A stretch of DNA of 64,000 bases, taken from assembly GCA_001798165.1 (NCBI GenBank), contig MGRL01000007.1, positions 455-64,454 of the forward strand, written 5' to 3'. The notes under the pieces are model-generated. The model was given only the letters and a program-made list of their open reading frames with translations, was not told the DNA's origin and made no database searches. Positions 37,830 through 47,803 of this stretch are shown here, in pieces. How positions within the stretch are numbered: position 1 is the stretch's first letter; every line of letters starts with the position of its first letter. The translations under genes were made by a program, and so were the position numbers. The stretch comes from Deltaproteobacteria bacterium RIFCSPHIGHO2_02_FULL_43_33. GTDB lineage: Bacteria; Desulfobacterota; GWC2-55-46; UBA9637.

Positions 37830-39164
37830 ATGTTCCATAAAATACTCATCGCAAATAGAGGCGAGATAGCAGTAAGAATTATACGGGCGTGCAAAGAGCT
37901 CGCTATCAAAACTGTTGCCGTATATTCTGATGCAGATAGAGAAAGCCTGCACGTTAAATTGGCTGACGAAGCTATCTGTATAGGTCCTGCAAAAAGTAAG
38001 GATAGCTATCTCAATGTCTCATCTATTATTAGCGCTGCGGAAGTGACGGATGCAGAGGCAATACATCCGGGATACGGTTTCCTTGCAGAGAATGCTGAAT
38101 TTGCAGAGATATGTGAAAATTGCGGCATTAAGTTTATAGGTCCCAGCTCCAACAGCATGCGGCTTATGGGAAACAAGATTCAGGCAAAGAAAGAAGTGGA
38201 AAGGCTGAAGGTCTCTGTTCTCCCATGGAGCAACGCAGGGATTAAGGATGAAAAAGATGCTGTAGATATTGCAAGGAGGATAGGATTTCCTGTAATCATA
38301 AAGGCTGCTGCCGGCGGCGGCGGGAGGGGTATGAAGCTTGTCCATACAGCGGCAAGTTTCGGCAATGCATTCCATACTGCTAAAAATGAAGCGCAGGCAG
38401 CGTTTGGAAATGGAGATGTATATATTGAAAAATATTGCGAGGCCCCAAGACACATAGAGATACAAATTATGGCTGATAAATATGGGAATGTCATTTATCT
38501 GGGTGAAAGAGATTGCTCTATTCAGCGTAGACATCAAAAAATATTGGAAGAGGCGCCGTCCCCTGTTTTAGATGAAAGATTGCGAAGGAGTATGGGTGAA
38601 TCTGCCATCAAGATAGCAAGGGCAATAAGCTACAGCAATGTCGGGACAGTGGAATTCCTCCTTGATAAGAATATGAGGTATTATTTTATGGAGATGAACA
38701 CAAGGGTTCAGGTTGAGCACCCTGTTACAGAGATGATAACAGGAATAGATATCATTAAGGAACAGGTAAGGCTTTCAACTGGCGAGAGAATGAGATTTAA
38801 ACAGAAGCATATCAGACTTAATGGCCATGCAATAGAATGCAGGATAAATGCCGAAGATCCTGTTACATTTGTGCCGTGTCCAGGCAAGATTACAAGCCTC
38901 CACATGCCTGGCGGCCCAGGGGTAAGGATTGATTCAGCCATATCCTGCGGTTACACAGTCCCTCCACACTATGATTCGCTGCTTGCTAAGCTTGTAGTGT
39001 ATGGGGAAAGCAGGGGCGAGGCTATTGCAAGGATGACAATGGCTTTGGATGAGATGGAGATAGAGGGGGTTAAGACCAATATCCCGCTGCACAGAAAAAT
39101 AATGAAAGACCATGATTTCATCAGAGGCAAGGTTGATATAAATTACTTGAGCAGATTTGCTTAA
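37830..39164 (+). CDS. accC: Biotin carboxylase subunit of acetyl-CoA carboxylase
   Basis: ATP-grasp domain. MFHKILIANRGEIAVRIIRACKELAI is a canonical AccC N-terminus. Confidence 0.95.
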   Translation: MFHKILIANRGEIAVRIIRACKELAIKTVAVYSDADRESLHVKLADEAICIGPAKSKDSYLNVSSIISAAEVTDAEAIHPGYGFLAENAEFAEICENCGIKFIGPSSNSMRLMGNKIQAKKEVERLKVSVLPWSNAGIKDEKDAVDIARRIGFPVIIKAAAGGGGRGMKLVHTAASFGNAFHTAKNEAQAAFGNGDVYIEKYCEAPRHIEIQIMADKYGNVIYLGERDCSIQRRHQKILEEAPSPVLDERLRRSMGESAIKIARAISYSNVGTVEFLLDKNMRYYFMEMNTRVQVEHPVTEMITGIDIIKEQVRLSTGERMRFKQKHIRLNGHAIECRINAEDPVTFVPCPGKITSLHMPGGPGVRIDSAISCGYTVPPHYDSLLAKLVVYGESRGEAIARMTMALDEMEIEGVKTNIPLHRKIMKDHDFIRGKVDINYLSRFA

Positions 39165-39227
39165 AGACAGGCGAAAGGTTTGAGGTTAGAGGCAGTTGCC
39201 TCCCTCCTCCAACCTCAAGCAATTTCC

Positions 39228-39974
39228 ATGAATGACTGGAGATTATTGATAGATGGGCCGAAAAGCGGCTATGAGAATATGGCAACCGATGAGGCTATCC
39301 TTCAATCCTGCAATGAAGGGCTTTCCCAGCCCACTCTCCGACTGTATGAATGGAACACTCCAACCCTTTCCATCGGCTGTTTTCAGAAGGCAGACACTAT
39401 AATTAAAACTTGTTTAGATGTTGGGATCCCTTTTGTCAGACGTATTACCGGCGGCAGGGCTGTCCTGCATAGCGACGAAATTACTTATTCAATAATTTGC
39501 AGCGAAGATGAGCCGTTGTTTGGCGAGGGTATCTCAGGCGCATACAGAATTATAAACACATGCTTGTTAGAGGCCTTAAAAGAGGCCGGAATTAATGCTG
39601 ATATGCACGCACCCTGCGCAAGGCCATATAGCCATAAAAGAAGCTCCTGCTTTCATTCCCCGTCTAAATATGAGATTATCGTAGATAATAAGAAATTAAT
39701 AGGAAGCGCCCAAAAAAGGCTGAGAAATGCATTTATTCAGCACGGTTCTATCTTGTTCGGGATAGACAAGGATATTATTCCAAAACTATTTGGTGGAGAA
39801 TCTTTGTCAAGAATGGCATGGGTCGGACTTTATAATGATATCACAAGGCATGATTTTAAAACTATATTGATAGATAAGATTGAAAAGGGGTTGAATATAA
39901 AATTAACTGTTGGTAATATAAATGGTAGTGAAAGACATTTAAAGCAATTACGAATTAAAAATTACGAATTATAA
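39228..39974 (+). CDS. Lipoate-protein ligase / octanoyltransferase family protein (BPL/LPL catalytic domain, LplA/LipM-like)
   Basis: RRITGGRAVLHSDEITYS...KLIGSAQKR matches the LplA catalytic-core motif. The C-terminal residues LRIKNYEL are encoded by a heptamer array. Confidence 0.7.
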   Translation: MNDWRLLIDGPKSGYENMATDEAILQSCNEGLSQPTLRLYEWNTPTLSIGCFQKADTIIKTCLDVGIPFVRRITGGRAVLHSDEITYSIICSEDEPLFGEGISGAYRIINTCLLEALKEAGINADMHAPCARPYSHKRSSCFHSPSKYEIIVDNKKLIGSAQKRLRNAFIQHGSILFGIDKDIIPKLFGGESLSRMAWVGLYNDITRHDFKTILIDKIEKGLNIKLTVGNINGSERHLKQLRIKNYEL

Positions 39975-40020
39975 ATTTTAATTCCTAATTCCTAATTTTT
40001 AATTCTTAATTGTATTTTTT
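39946..40020. repeat. Inverted heptamer arrays, (AATTACG)n then (CCTAATT)n, followed by a T-run
   Basis: caattacgaattaaaaattacgaattataaattttaattcctaattcctaatttttaattcttaattgtatttttt. Confidence 0.7.
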
Positions 40021-40023
40021 GAT

Positions 40024-41934
40024 ATGGATGAGAAAAGTAAAATTATAGATAAGGCACAAAAGTTAGTCCAAAAGGGTTATCTGGACAAGGCTATTGCCGA
40101 ATATAAAAGGGTGGTTGAAAAAGACCCCAAGGATGCCACTATCCGTTTGAGGATAGGAGACCTTTATGTAAAAATCAATAAAAAGGATGAGGCAATAAGG
40201 GAGTATACAGAAGTAGCAAAGGTGCATGCCCAGAAGGGGTTCTATCTAAAGGCCATTGCTGTCTATAAGCAGATACTTAAACTGGACGAAGGCCTTATGG
40301 AGACACATTTCAAGCTCGCCGACCTTTATACCAAGCAGAAGCTTATGGCAGATGCTATAGCAGAATTGAGCATTTTGGTAAGCTTCTATGAGAAGAAAGG
40401 TAAGTTGGATGAGGCGGCTGATGTCTTAAAAAAGATGGTAGAAGCTGATCCTCAGAATATCGGGGTGAGGCTTAAACTGGCGGAATATTACAAGAAGAGG
40501 GGATTTACCAATGATGCCATTGCAGAATATGTTGTGGCATGTAATAGCCTTGTTAAAGATGGCAAGCTGGATAAAGCTGAAAAGTTGTATTTGGAATTGT
40601 ACGCCGGCAACAAAAAGGATATAAGGATAGTAGAAGGCCTTGCAGAGGTATACAGGCTTAAAAACGATAACAGCCAGCTTGTAAAATATTACAAAGAACT
40701 GGCAAATTTGTATAAAGAAAATGGAGACTTTGAAAAGAGAAATAGTATATATGAGAAGATACTTGCTGTGTATCCTAATGACAAAGATGCCCTTGATATC
40801 CTTGGCAGAAAAACAACACCCCATGAGCCTTTCAAAAAAGTTGCCCATTCAGAGGCAGTATCAGAAGAACGGCCTTCCCGAGAGCCTCTTATATCATGGC
40901 CAGAGGTGAACATTGATTTGACTTTGGAGGGTAAGGCGGCACCGCAAGAGCCGTCCCCTATTCAGGCAGAGGAAGAACCCCTCGTGCCATGGAAAGAAAT
41001 GATAGAAGTAACTCAGGAAGTAAAACCTGTTGAGTCTGAAGAAACTAAGCCGCTTGAAGAAATTCCAGCTATAGAAATGCCTGAGAGTAGTGTTGTTGAG
41101 AGCGCAGCCGAGGAAGGGACTATAGAAGAACCTTCGCTTATAGAAATTACGCCGACTGAGGAAAGTACCGTCATTGAAGAGGCTGTGGAAGAGCTTGCCC
41201 CTGAATCCATAGAGCCAGTGGAAGATATTCAGGCTGTAGAAGAAAAACAAATTGAAAAAAAGATTGAAGAGCCTGTAAAAGGCCGTGGTTTAGATATGTC
41301 CGGCATAGAAGAATTTCTGCCTAAAGGGTTTAAGGTAATGGGAGAAATGGAATCTGCTTCTGAAGAAGGATATGTTGACCTTTCTTCTGAATTAGGATTG
41401 GAAGAGGCCCTGGATTTTCTTACAGAGTCATGGGAATCTGACGCAAAGGGAAAGGATACATTTTTAGAATTTAAACATGGTGTGGAAAAGCAGTTAAGCA
41501 AAGAAGACAGTGAGACACATTACAATCTTGGTATAGCTTATATGGAAATGGAGCTTTATGATGATGCTATGCGGGAATTTAAGATTGCCTTAAAAGACCC
41601 GATATTTGAATTTGACTGCTATAACCGTCTTGGTTTGAGTTTTATGGCAAAAGGAAATTATCAGGAGGCTGTCAGCAATTTTTTAAAAGGGCTAAAGGTT
41701 AGCGGAAGGACTAATGAAGAAAGAAAAGGTCTGATGTATGAACTTGGATTGGCCTATGAAGCATCTGAAAATAGCCAAGAGGCGCTGGAGATATTCAAAA
41801 CTGTGTATGAAATGGACAAGACATTCAGAGAGGTTTCTTCTAAGGTGGATGCATTAGGAAACAATTCAAAAAAGAGAGGCGAGACCGAGGCCATTCCATC
41901 AATGGATAATGCGCTTGAGGTTGAACTCTTGTGA
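40024..41934 (+). CDS. TPR-repeat protein with a long acidic, Glu-rich central linker. Cytoplasmic, no signal peptide.
   Basis: N- and C-terminal TPR-like helical repeats flank about 200 aa of E/P/S-rich low-complexity sequence. Confidence 0.55.
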   Translation: MDEKSKIIDKAQKLVQKGYLDKAIAEYKRVVEKDPKDATIRLRIGDLYVKINKKDEAIREYTEVAKVHAQKGFYLKAIAVYKQILKLDEGLMETHFKLADLYTKQKLMADAIAELSILVSFYEKKGKLDEAADVLKKMVEADPQNIGVRLKLAEYYKKRGFTNDAIAEYVVACNSLVKDGKLDKAEKLYLELYAGNKKDIRIVEGLAEVYRLKNDNSQLVKYYKELANLYKENGDFEKRNSIYEKILAVYPNDKDALDILGRKTTPHEPFKKVAHSEAVSEERPSREPLISWPEVNIDLTLEGKAAPQEPSPIQAEEEPLVPWKEMIEVTQEVKPVESEETKPLEEIPAIEMPESSVVESAAEEGTIEEPSLIEITPTEESTVIEEAVEELAPESIEPVEDIQAVEEKQIEKKIEEPVKGRGLDMSGIEEFLPKGFKVMGEMESASEEGYVDLSSELGLEEALDFLTESWESDAKGKDTFLEFKHGVEKQLSKEDSETHYNLGIAYMEMELYDDAMREFKIALKDPIFEFDCYNRLGLSFMAKGNYQEAVSNFLKGLKVSGRTNEERKGLMYELGLAYEASENSQEALEIFKTVYEMDKTFREVSSKVDALGNNSKKRGETEAIPSMDNALEVELL

Positions 41935-42007
41935 GTATGATAGCCATAGTAATCTTTCCGCAGGCCGACTTAGTCGGCCTTTTTGTTTTCAAGAGGTTGA
42001 TAAGTAG

Positions 42008-43453
42008 ATGAAGAGCGATGCAATATTGCAGTTAAAGAAAGAACCAATCCTCCACGCCATTTTTGATGTTGTTAATACTGTAAAAGCAAAGGCATACCTT
42101 GTAGGCGGAGTACTGCGCAATCTTGCCCTATCAAGGCCATTTGGTTTTGATTACGATATTGTATTAGACAAACAGATTAAGGAAACAGCTAATCTCATTG
42201 CCGGCAAACTTAAGGGAAGCCCCTTCTTGCTTGACAAAAAACTTGGGTCATACAGGGTGAATATAAAAAGCAGCAAAGGTGTATTTAACATTGATATCTC
42301 TCCCTATAAACGAAAGGATATAGTAGAGGACTTAAGGAATAGAGATTTCACAATAAATGCTTTGGCAGTGGATATGAATGCGCTTTTTAAAAAAAGCGAT
42401 GCAACGATAATAGACATTTTCAAGGGCATAAATGATGCAGAAAATAAAATAATAAGAATGCTTAAGACGGATATATTTGACGAGGATCCATTACGATTAC
42501 TTCGTGCTGCAAGGCTTTCTGCCCAATATGATCTGACTATAGATAAAGAGACAGAAAAATGTATAAAGCAAAAGGCCAATCTACTGACAAAGTCTTCGTG
42601 GGAGAGGATACGGGATGAGTTTTTTCTTATACTGTCCTGTTCTGAAGCTGCCCGCCATGTAAAAAGGCTTTATGAACTTTCTCTGCTATGTGAGATTATA
42701 TCCGAAATCAGGAATTGGGAGGATTTGGAAGATTACGACCTTTTTTCACATGCAATCAAGACATTAGAGCAAGGTGAAAGGCTTTATAACAATCTCAATG
42801 CGTTTATGCCAGAATTTGCAGAAAACCTTACTGCCTATTTTGAAATGCAACTTGGCAATATCCCTAAAGAGGGATTGTTTAAGCTTACCCTTTTCCTTCA
42901 TGATGTAGGAAAAACAGCGACAATGGAAAGAGAGGGAGAAAGGATAAGGTTTATAGGCCATGAAGTAGAGGGTGAAATAATTAACAAACGTATAGGAAGG
43001 CGCCTTAAACTAAGCAAGGCTGCTATTGTATTTATTGCAAAACTTACAAAAAATCACCATAGGGTTTTTAATCTGGCATCTCTTGCTAAGCTAACCAACA
43101 GATCAAAGGCGCATCTTTTTAGAGTTATGGGTGGAGAAGACGGCCTTCTCCTCCTTTTACTTGCCCTCGCAGATGCCAGGGCTACTAGAGATGGAGACGA
43201 CCCAGAGCTTGTATCCATCGTAAAAGACCTCATTGATTTTTACTACAAAATTTATTCAGTAAAAAAGCCAAAGCCTGTATTGACTGGAGAAGAGGTAATG
43301 GATATTTTTGATATTCCGGAAGGTGTTATGGTGGGAAGGATATTGAATAAATTAGCAGAGGCCGAAGGCGAGGGGATTGTAAAAGACAAAAGTGATGCTG
43401 TCCCGTTTATAAAGAATTGGCTGAAATGGGCAAAAGATGGATGGCAGACATAG
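42008..43453 (+). CDS. cca: CCA-adding tRNA nucleotidyltransferase / poly(A) polymerase family protein with an HD domain
   Basis: YLVGGVLRNLAL...DYDIV and DLRNRDFTINALA match the PolyA_pol head. The HD region reads LFLHDVGK. Confidence 0.8.
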   Translation: MKSDAILQLKKEPILHAIFDVVNTVKAKAYLVGGVLRNLALSRPFGFDYDIVLDKQIKETANLIAGKLKGSPFLLDKKLGSYRVNIKSSKGVFNIDISPYKRKDIVEDLRNRDFTINALAVDMNALFKKSDATIIDIFKGINDAENKIIRMLKTDIFDEDPLRLLRAARLSAQYDLTIDKETEKCIKQKANLLTKSSWERIRDEFFLILSCSEAARHVKRLYELSLLCEIISEIRNWEDLEDYDLFSHAIKTLEQGERLYNNLNAFMPEFAENLTAYFEMQLGNIPKEGLFKLTLFLHDVGKTATMEREGERIRFIGHEVEGEIINKRIGRRLKLSKAAIVFIAKLTKNHHRVFNLASLAKLTNRSKAHLFRVMGGEDGLLLLLLALADARATRDGDDPELVSIVKDLIDFYYKIYSVKKPKPVLTGEEVMDIFDIPEGVMVGRILNKLAEAEGEGIVKDKSDAVPFIKNWLKWAKDGWQT

Positions 43454-43630
43454 TTTTGCTATGCCCCCTCATAATTGTAAGACTTTGTAAAATTTGACTT
43501 TTGCTATTCGATATAGTATAAAAAAATCGCAGTTGTTTGTTAGAAAAAACTCTTCTAACAATCAATAGTTAATAACTACCCCAAAATAGGCTTTGATTTT
43601 TTACGGCAACTAACAGCTTACTTAATATAT

Positions 43631-43704
43631 GCGGGCGTAATTCAATGGTAGAATGAAAGCTTCCCAAGCTTTATATGAGGGTTCGATTCCCTTCGCCCGC
43701 TCCA
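43631..43704 (+). tRNA. tRNA-Gly (anticodon CCC), with an encoded CCA end
   Basis: A cloverleaf was folded by hand. The 7-bp acceptor stem GCGGGCG/CGCCCGC, the D-arm, the anticodon stem AAAGC/GCTTT with loop TTCCCAA, and the T-arm GAGGG-TTCGATT-CCCTT all fit. Confidence 0.8.
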
Positions 43705-43715
43705 AAAAATGAATA

Positions 43716-43769
43716 AACCAGTCCATAACTTATTTTTTATTGGCTTTTGAGTTATAGACTGGTTTTTTA
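43716..43769 (+). terminator. Rho-independent terminator after the tRNA, formed by aaaccagtccataact...agttatagactggttt followed by TTTTTT
   Basis: 16-bp near-perfect stem followed by a T-run. Confidence 0.65.
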
Positions 43770-43852
43770 GTATTATCCTGAAGTAAGTAATATAAACTCA
43801 ATTATTAAGAGATGAGGAACCTCTCCAGACTAAGTGAAAAACTATAGAGAAT

Positions 43853-44548
43853 ATGACTGAAACATATGTATTATACGGCCTTATTGCCGGTATTGTTACC
43901 CTTATAGCAGGTCTTCTTCCTCTGTTTGTTAATTTTAAGGGCATCCGTTACATTATTGCTGTTTCTGCAGGCGTTGTCATTGCTACAGTTTTTTTAGACC
44001 TCCTCCCTGAGGCAAACCTTAAAAAAGATGCATGGATACTGGCCCTGGGCTTTCTCTTATTCTATTTAATAGGAAAACTTACCGTGCTTCATTCATGCGG
44101 AGAGATGGAGTGCGAGCAGCATAGCATCAACATGGTTTCCATAGTCGGCATGTCTCTGGATAACATCATTGATGGCATTGCTATAACAGTTGGATGCCTG
44201 ACCGACCCGTATCTGGGGCTTGTAATAACCATTGCTGTAATCATCCACGAGATACCGCAGGATGTTACATCAACTATTATTATGAAGGGGCTTGGTTACA
44301 GCACGAGGAAAATGCTTTTTCCTATTGTATTTGCGGCAGTTTCTTATCCTGTTGGCGCCTATGCGGCGGTCTTTATCCCTGAACCGTTTTACGAACCTAT
44401 CATTGCGTTTATTGCAGGCGCTTTCATTTATATAGGCGTTGGAGATTTATTATTGGAGGCGCATAAAAAATTCAATATGAAAGTCATAATATCTGTTTTA
44501 GCCGGTTTTGCATTGGTATTTATGGTTGAAACAGTGATAGGCCACTAA
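43853..44548 (+). CDS. ZIP-family divalent metal (zinc/iron) transporter
   Basis: Multi-TM protein with the HEIPQD motif typical of ZupT/ZIP. Confidence 0.75.
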   Translation: MTETYVLYGLIAGIVTLIAGLLPLFVNFKGIRYIIAVSAGVVIATVFLDLLPEANLKKDAWILALGFLLFYLIGKLTVLHSCGEMECEQHSINMVSIVGMSLDNIIDGIAITVGCLTDPYLGLVITIAVIIHEIPQDVTSTIIMKGLGYSTRKMLFPIVFAAVSYPVGAYAAVFIPEPFYEPIIAFIAGAFIYIGVGDLLLEAHKKFNMKVIISVLAGFALVFMVETVIGH

Positions 44549-44551
44549 AAT

Positions 44552-44672
44552 TCTCACCCTCCCCTTAATCCCCTCCCGTCAAGGGAGGGGAGAGAAGAAT
44601 AGGATAACCCCATCAGGGGAGTAGAAACAAACAGTTCCCTCTCCCCTTGCGGGAGAGGGTAAGGGTGAGGGG
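44552..44672. repeat. G/C-rich nested palindromes, cccctcccgtcaagggagggg ... ccctctccccttgcgggagaggg, flanked by ctcaccctcccc / gggtgaggggg
   Basis: Read directly from the sequence. The same CCCCTC...GAGGGG class occurs at 12990-13012 and 19258-19310. Confidence 0.7.
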
Positions 44673-44703
44673 GTATTTTCGGTATTAAAGAAAGGATATT
44701 TTT

Positions 44704-46020
44704 ATGATAGAGAGATATTCAAGAAAAGAGATGTCAGAAATATGGGAGCCTGAGAATAAATTCAAAAAATGGCTTGAGGTGGAGATTGCCGCGTGCGAGG
44801 CGTGGGCAAAACTTGGCGAAATTCCGCAAAAGGCTTTGGACAATATAAAATCCACTGCTGATTTTGATATCCAGAGGATTGACGAGATTGAAAAGACAGT
44901 CAAACACGATGTGATTTCATTCCTCACATCTGTTGCGGAATTTGTGGGGCCTGATTCACGCTATATCCATAAGGGGCTGACATCTTCCGATATTCTGGAT
45001 ACATCCCTTGCGCTTCTTCTCTCTGATGCTGCGGATTTGATTATTGTAGATATAAAGAAACTCATGGAGGCGATAAAAAAGCGGGCGTTTGAGCATAAAG
45101 ATACTGTAATGATTGGCCGCTCCCATGGAATCCATGCAGAGCCTATAACCTTCGGCCTCAAGATGGCGCTTTGGTATGAGGAGATGAAGAGAAACCTTGT
45201 AAGGATGGAGAGGGCAAGAGAGGTTATTTCCTACGGCAAACTTTCCGGCGCAGTCGGCACATTCGCCAATATCCCGCCGTTTATCGAGGAATATGTATGC
45301 AAAAAGCTTGGCCTCAAACCAGCGCCCATCTCAACCCAGATTATCCAGAGAGACAGACATGCGGAATATTTTACAACCCTTGCCATCATCGCTTCATCTA
45401 TCGAAAAGTTTGCCGTAGAGATACGGCATCTCCAGAGGACAGAGGTTTTGGAGGCAGAAGAGCCGTTTACTATCGGCCAAAAAGGTTCGTCCGCCATGCC
45501 TCACAAGAGAAATCCTGTGTTATCGGAAAATCTTACCGGCCTTGCAAGGCTTGTAAGGGGATATGCGAATGCAGCGATGGAAAATATACCGCTGTGGCAC
45601 GAGCGTGACATAAGCCACTCTTCAGTTGAAAGGGTGATTGCGCCTGATGCCACAATCCTTGTTGATTTTATGCTTGCAAGAATGACAGGGCTTGTCAGAG
45701 ATTTGGTTGTCTATCCTGAAAATATGAAAGAGAATCTTAACAAACTCAAAGGCCTTCTCTTTTCCCAGACAGTCCTTATTGCGCTTACGGAGAAGGGTGT
45801 TTCGCGAGAAGATGCATATCAACTGGTTCAGAGAAACGCCATGAAGGTTTGGAAGGAAATACAGGAGCAAGGGGCAAGGAGCAAGGGGCTGAAAGACTTT
45901 TTATTGAAGGACAAAGAAGTGGTGGCTCGGCTTTCAAAGAAAGATATAGAGGCATGTTTTGATATCTCAAGGTATGTGAAGAATGTGGACTATATATTTA
46001 AGAGGGTGTTTAAGGATTAG
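44704..46020 (+). CDS. purB: Adenylosuccinate lyase
   Basis: MIERYSRKEMSEIW and the fumarase/lyase signature SSAMPHKRNP. Confidence 0.95.
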   Translation: MIERYSRKEMSEIWEPENKFKKWLEVEIAACEAWAKLGEIPQKALDNIKSTADFDIQRIDEIEKTVKHDVISFLTSVAEFVGPDSRYIHKGLTSSDILDTSLALLLSDAADLIIVDIKKLMEAIKKRAFEHKDTVMIGRSHGIHAEPITFGLKMALWYEEMKRNLVRMERAREVISYGKLSGAVGTFANIPPFIEEYVCKKLGLKPAPISTQIIQRDRHAEYFTTLAIIASSIEKFAVEIRHLQRTEVLEAEEPFTIGQKGSSAMPHKRNPVLSENLTGLARLVRGYANAAMENIPLWHERDISHSSVERVIAPDATILVDFMLARMTGLVRDLVVYPENMKENLNKLKGLLFSQTVLIALTEKGVSREDAYQLVQRNAMKVWKEIQEQGARSKGLKDFLLKDKEVVARLSKKDIEACFDISRYVKNVDYIFKRVFKD

Positions 46021-46028
46021 CCAATTCT

Positions 46029-47093
46029 ATGCAAATAGACATCAGCCCTAAAACCGAACTTTGGCTCAAGGAAAGTCTCATATCCCTCGCAATACTTGTT
46101 GGCTTTTGGCTGGCTGCCAAATTTGTCCAATATTTCCTTGCAAGGTGGGTCTCAGTATTTACCAAACACACAGAGACCAAGCTTGATGACAAGATAGTAG
46201 AGGCTGTCAAGAGGCCGATATACTATATTGTTCTCTTGTCGGGCGTATACCTTGCTATATCAAACCAGCCTCTTCCGCCAAAAGTAAAGGCAATCGGTGA
46301 CGGCATAGTATATGTCTTGGGCGTGGGGATTGCCGTAATGATGGTGTATAGGATAGTGAATGTATTTCTTGAATGGTATACCCACAATGTTACTAAAAAG
46401 ACAGACAGCCAGCTTGAAAAAGAATTTCTGCCTTTAATAGAAAAACTTATATTTATATTCATCTTTATTACAGGTTTGATAATTGTCCTTAAACATTTTG
46501 ATTATGATATTCTGTCACTTGTCACAGCCCTGGGCGTTACATCTCTTGCTATAGGTCTTGCAGCAAAGGATACTTTGGCGAATATGATATCCGGATTTAC
46601 GCTTATGATAGACAGGCCATTTCGGGTTGGGGACAGAGTGCAGCTTGTATCTGGCGAGGTTGGTGATGTTGTTGAGATAGGGATCAGAAGCACTAAGATA
46701 AAAACAATGGATAGTAATGCCCTTGTTGTTCCCAATACAGAGCTTGTCAACACAAAAGTTATTAATCAATGTTATCCTGACAAGACAATACGGGGGAGGG
46801 TCAAGGTGGGGATTGCCTGTAACAGCGATGTGGATAAGGCCAAAAAAATAATGCTTGATATTGCCGCATCCAATAAAAAGGTTCTTAACAACCCTGCGCC
46901 GATTGTATTGTTTACAGAATTCGGGGATTCTACATTGATTTTACAGATGTTTTACTGGATAGAAAATTGTTTTGATTTGTTTATCATACAGGATGAGATA
47001 AACAGCCAGATAAAGAAGAGGTTTGAACAGGGAGGCATTGAGATACCATATCCTGTGAGGACTATATATGTGAAGGAGGCTAAACTTCAGTGA
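46029..47093 (+). CDS. Small-conductance mechanosensitive channel (MscS family)
   Basis: TM helices followed by the conserved MscS beta-domain LAIGLAAKDTLANMISGFTLMIDRPFRVGDRV. Confidence 0.85.
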   Translation: MQIDISPKTELWLKESLISLAILVGFWLAAKFVQYFLARWVSVFTKHTETKLDDKIVEAVKRPIYYIVLLSGVYLAISNQPLPPKVKAIGDGIVYVLGVGIAVMMVYRIVNVFLEWYTHNVTKKTDSQLEKEFLPLIEKLIFIFIFITGLIIVLKHFDYDILSLVTALGVTSLAIGLAAKDTLANMISGFTLMIDRPFRVGDRVQLVSGEVGDVVEIGIRSTKIKTMDSNALVVPNTELVNTKVINQCYPDKTIRGRVKVGIACNSDVDKAKKIMLDIAASNKKVLNNPAPIVLFTEFGDSTLILQMFYWIENCFDLFIIQDEINSQIKKRFEQGGIEIPYPVRTIYVKEAKLQ

Positions 47094-47794
47094 AGCGGCT
47101 TGAAAAAATATATGAGGGCAAGGCAAAGATTCTTTATGCTACAGATAATCCTGATTTGTTGATACAATATTTCAAAGACGAGGCAACTGCCTTTGATGGC
47201 AGGAAGAAGGGAATAATCCAGGAAAAAGGGATAGTAAATAACAAAATATCTTCAAGGATTTTTCAATACCTCGAAGACAAAGGCATTCCAACCCATTTTA
47301 TTGAAAGGCCGTCTGATAGGGAAATGGTTGTAAAAAGGCTGGAGATTATCCCTATTGAGGTTGTTGTAAGAAACATAGCCGCAGGAAGCCTTGCAAAGAG
47401 GATGGGCGTGGAAGAAGGGACTCCGCTTAAAAAGACTATTCTGGAATTTTATTACAAGAGCGACCCGCTTGGCGACCCGATGATAAACGATTATCATATA
47501 GAGGCATTTAAACTTGCCGAGAAATTTGAGGTTGATATATTAAAAGAAATGGCCATTGAGATAAACGGCTATATTTCAAAATTCTTTGATGAGCGGGGCA
47601 TAACCCTTGTGGATTTTAAATTGGAATTCGGTCGGCACAAAGGACAGATACTGCTTGGCGATGAAATTACCCCTGATGGCTGCAGATTGTGGGATAAACA
47701 GACCAAAGAGAAGATGGACAAGGACAGATTCAGACGTGATTTGGGAAAGATTGAGGAGGCGTATCAAGAAGTGTGCAGGAAGGTGCTGGGATAG
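47090..47794 (+). CDS. purC: Phosphoribosylaminoimidazole-succinocarboxamide (SAICAR) synthase
   Basis: LYEGKAKILY and the family motifs. 234 aa. Confidence 0.9.
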   Translation: MKRLEKIYEGKAKILYATDNPDLLIQYFKDEATAFDGRKKGIIQEKGIVNNKISSRIFQYLEDKGIPTHFIERPSDREMVVKRLEIIPIEVVVRNIAAGSLAKRMGVEEGTPLKKTILEFYYKSDPLGDPMINDYHIEAFKLAEKFEVDILKEMAIEINGYISKFFDERGITLVDFKLEFGRHKGQILLGDEITPDGCRLWDKQTKEKMDKDRFRRDLGKIEEAYQEVCRKVLG

Positions 47795-47803
47795 GGGTTC
47801 TTT

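Noticed and set aside
43631-44600. tRNA-Gly as an integration site for a genomic island
   Set aside because: No integrase, no direct repeat of the tRNA 3' end, and no compositional shift are evident. The downstream genes (ZIP transporter, purB) are ordinary.
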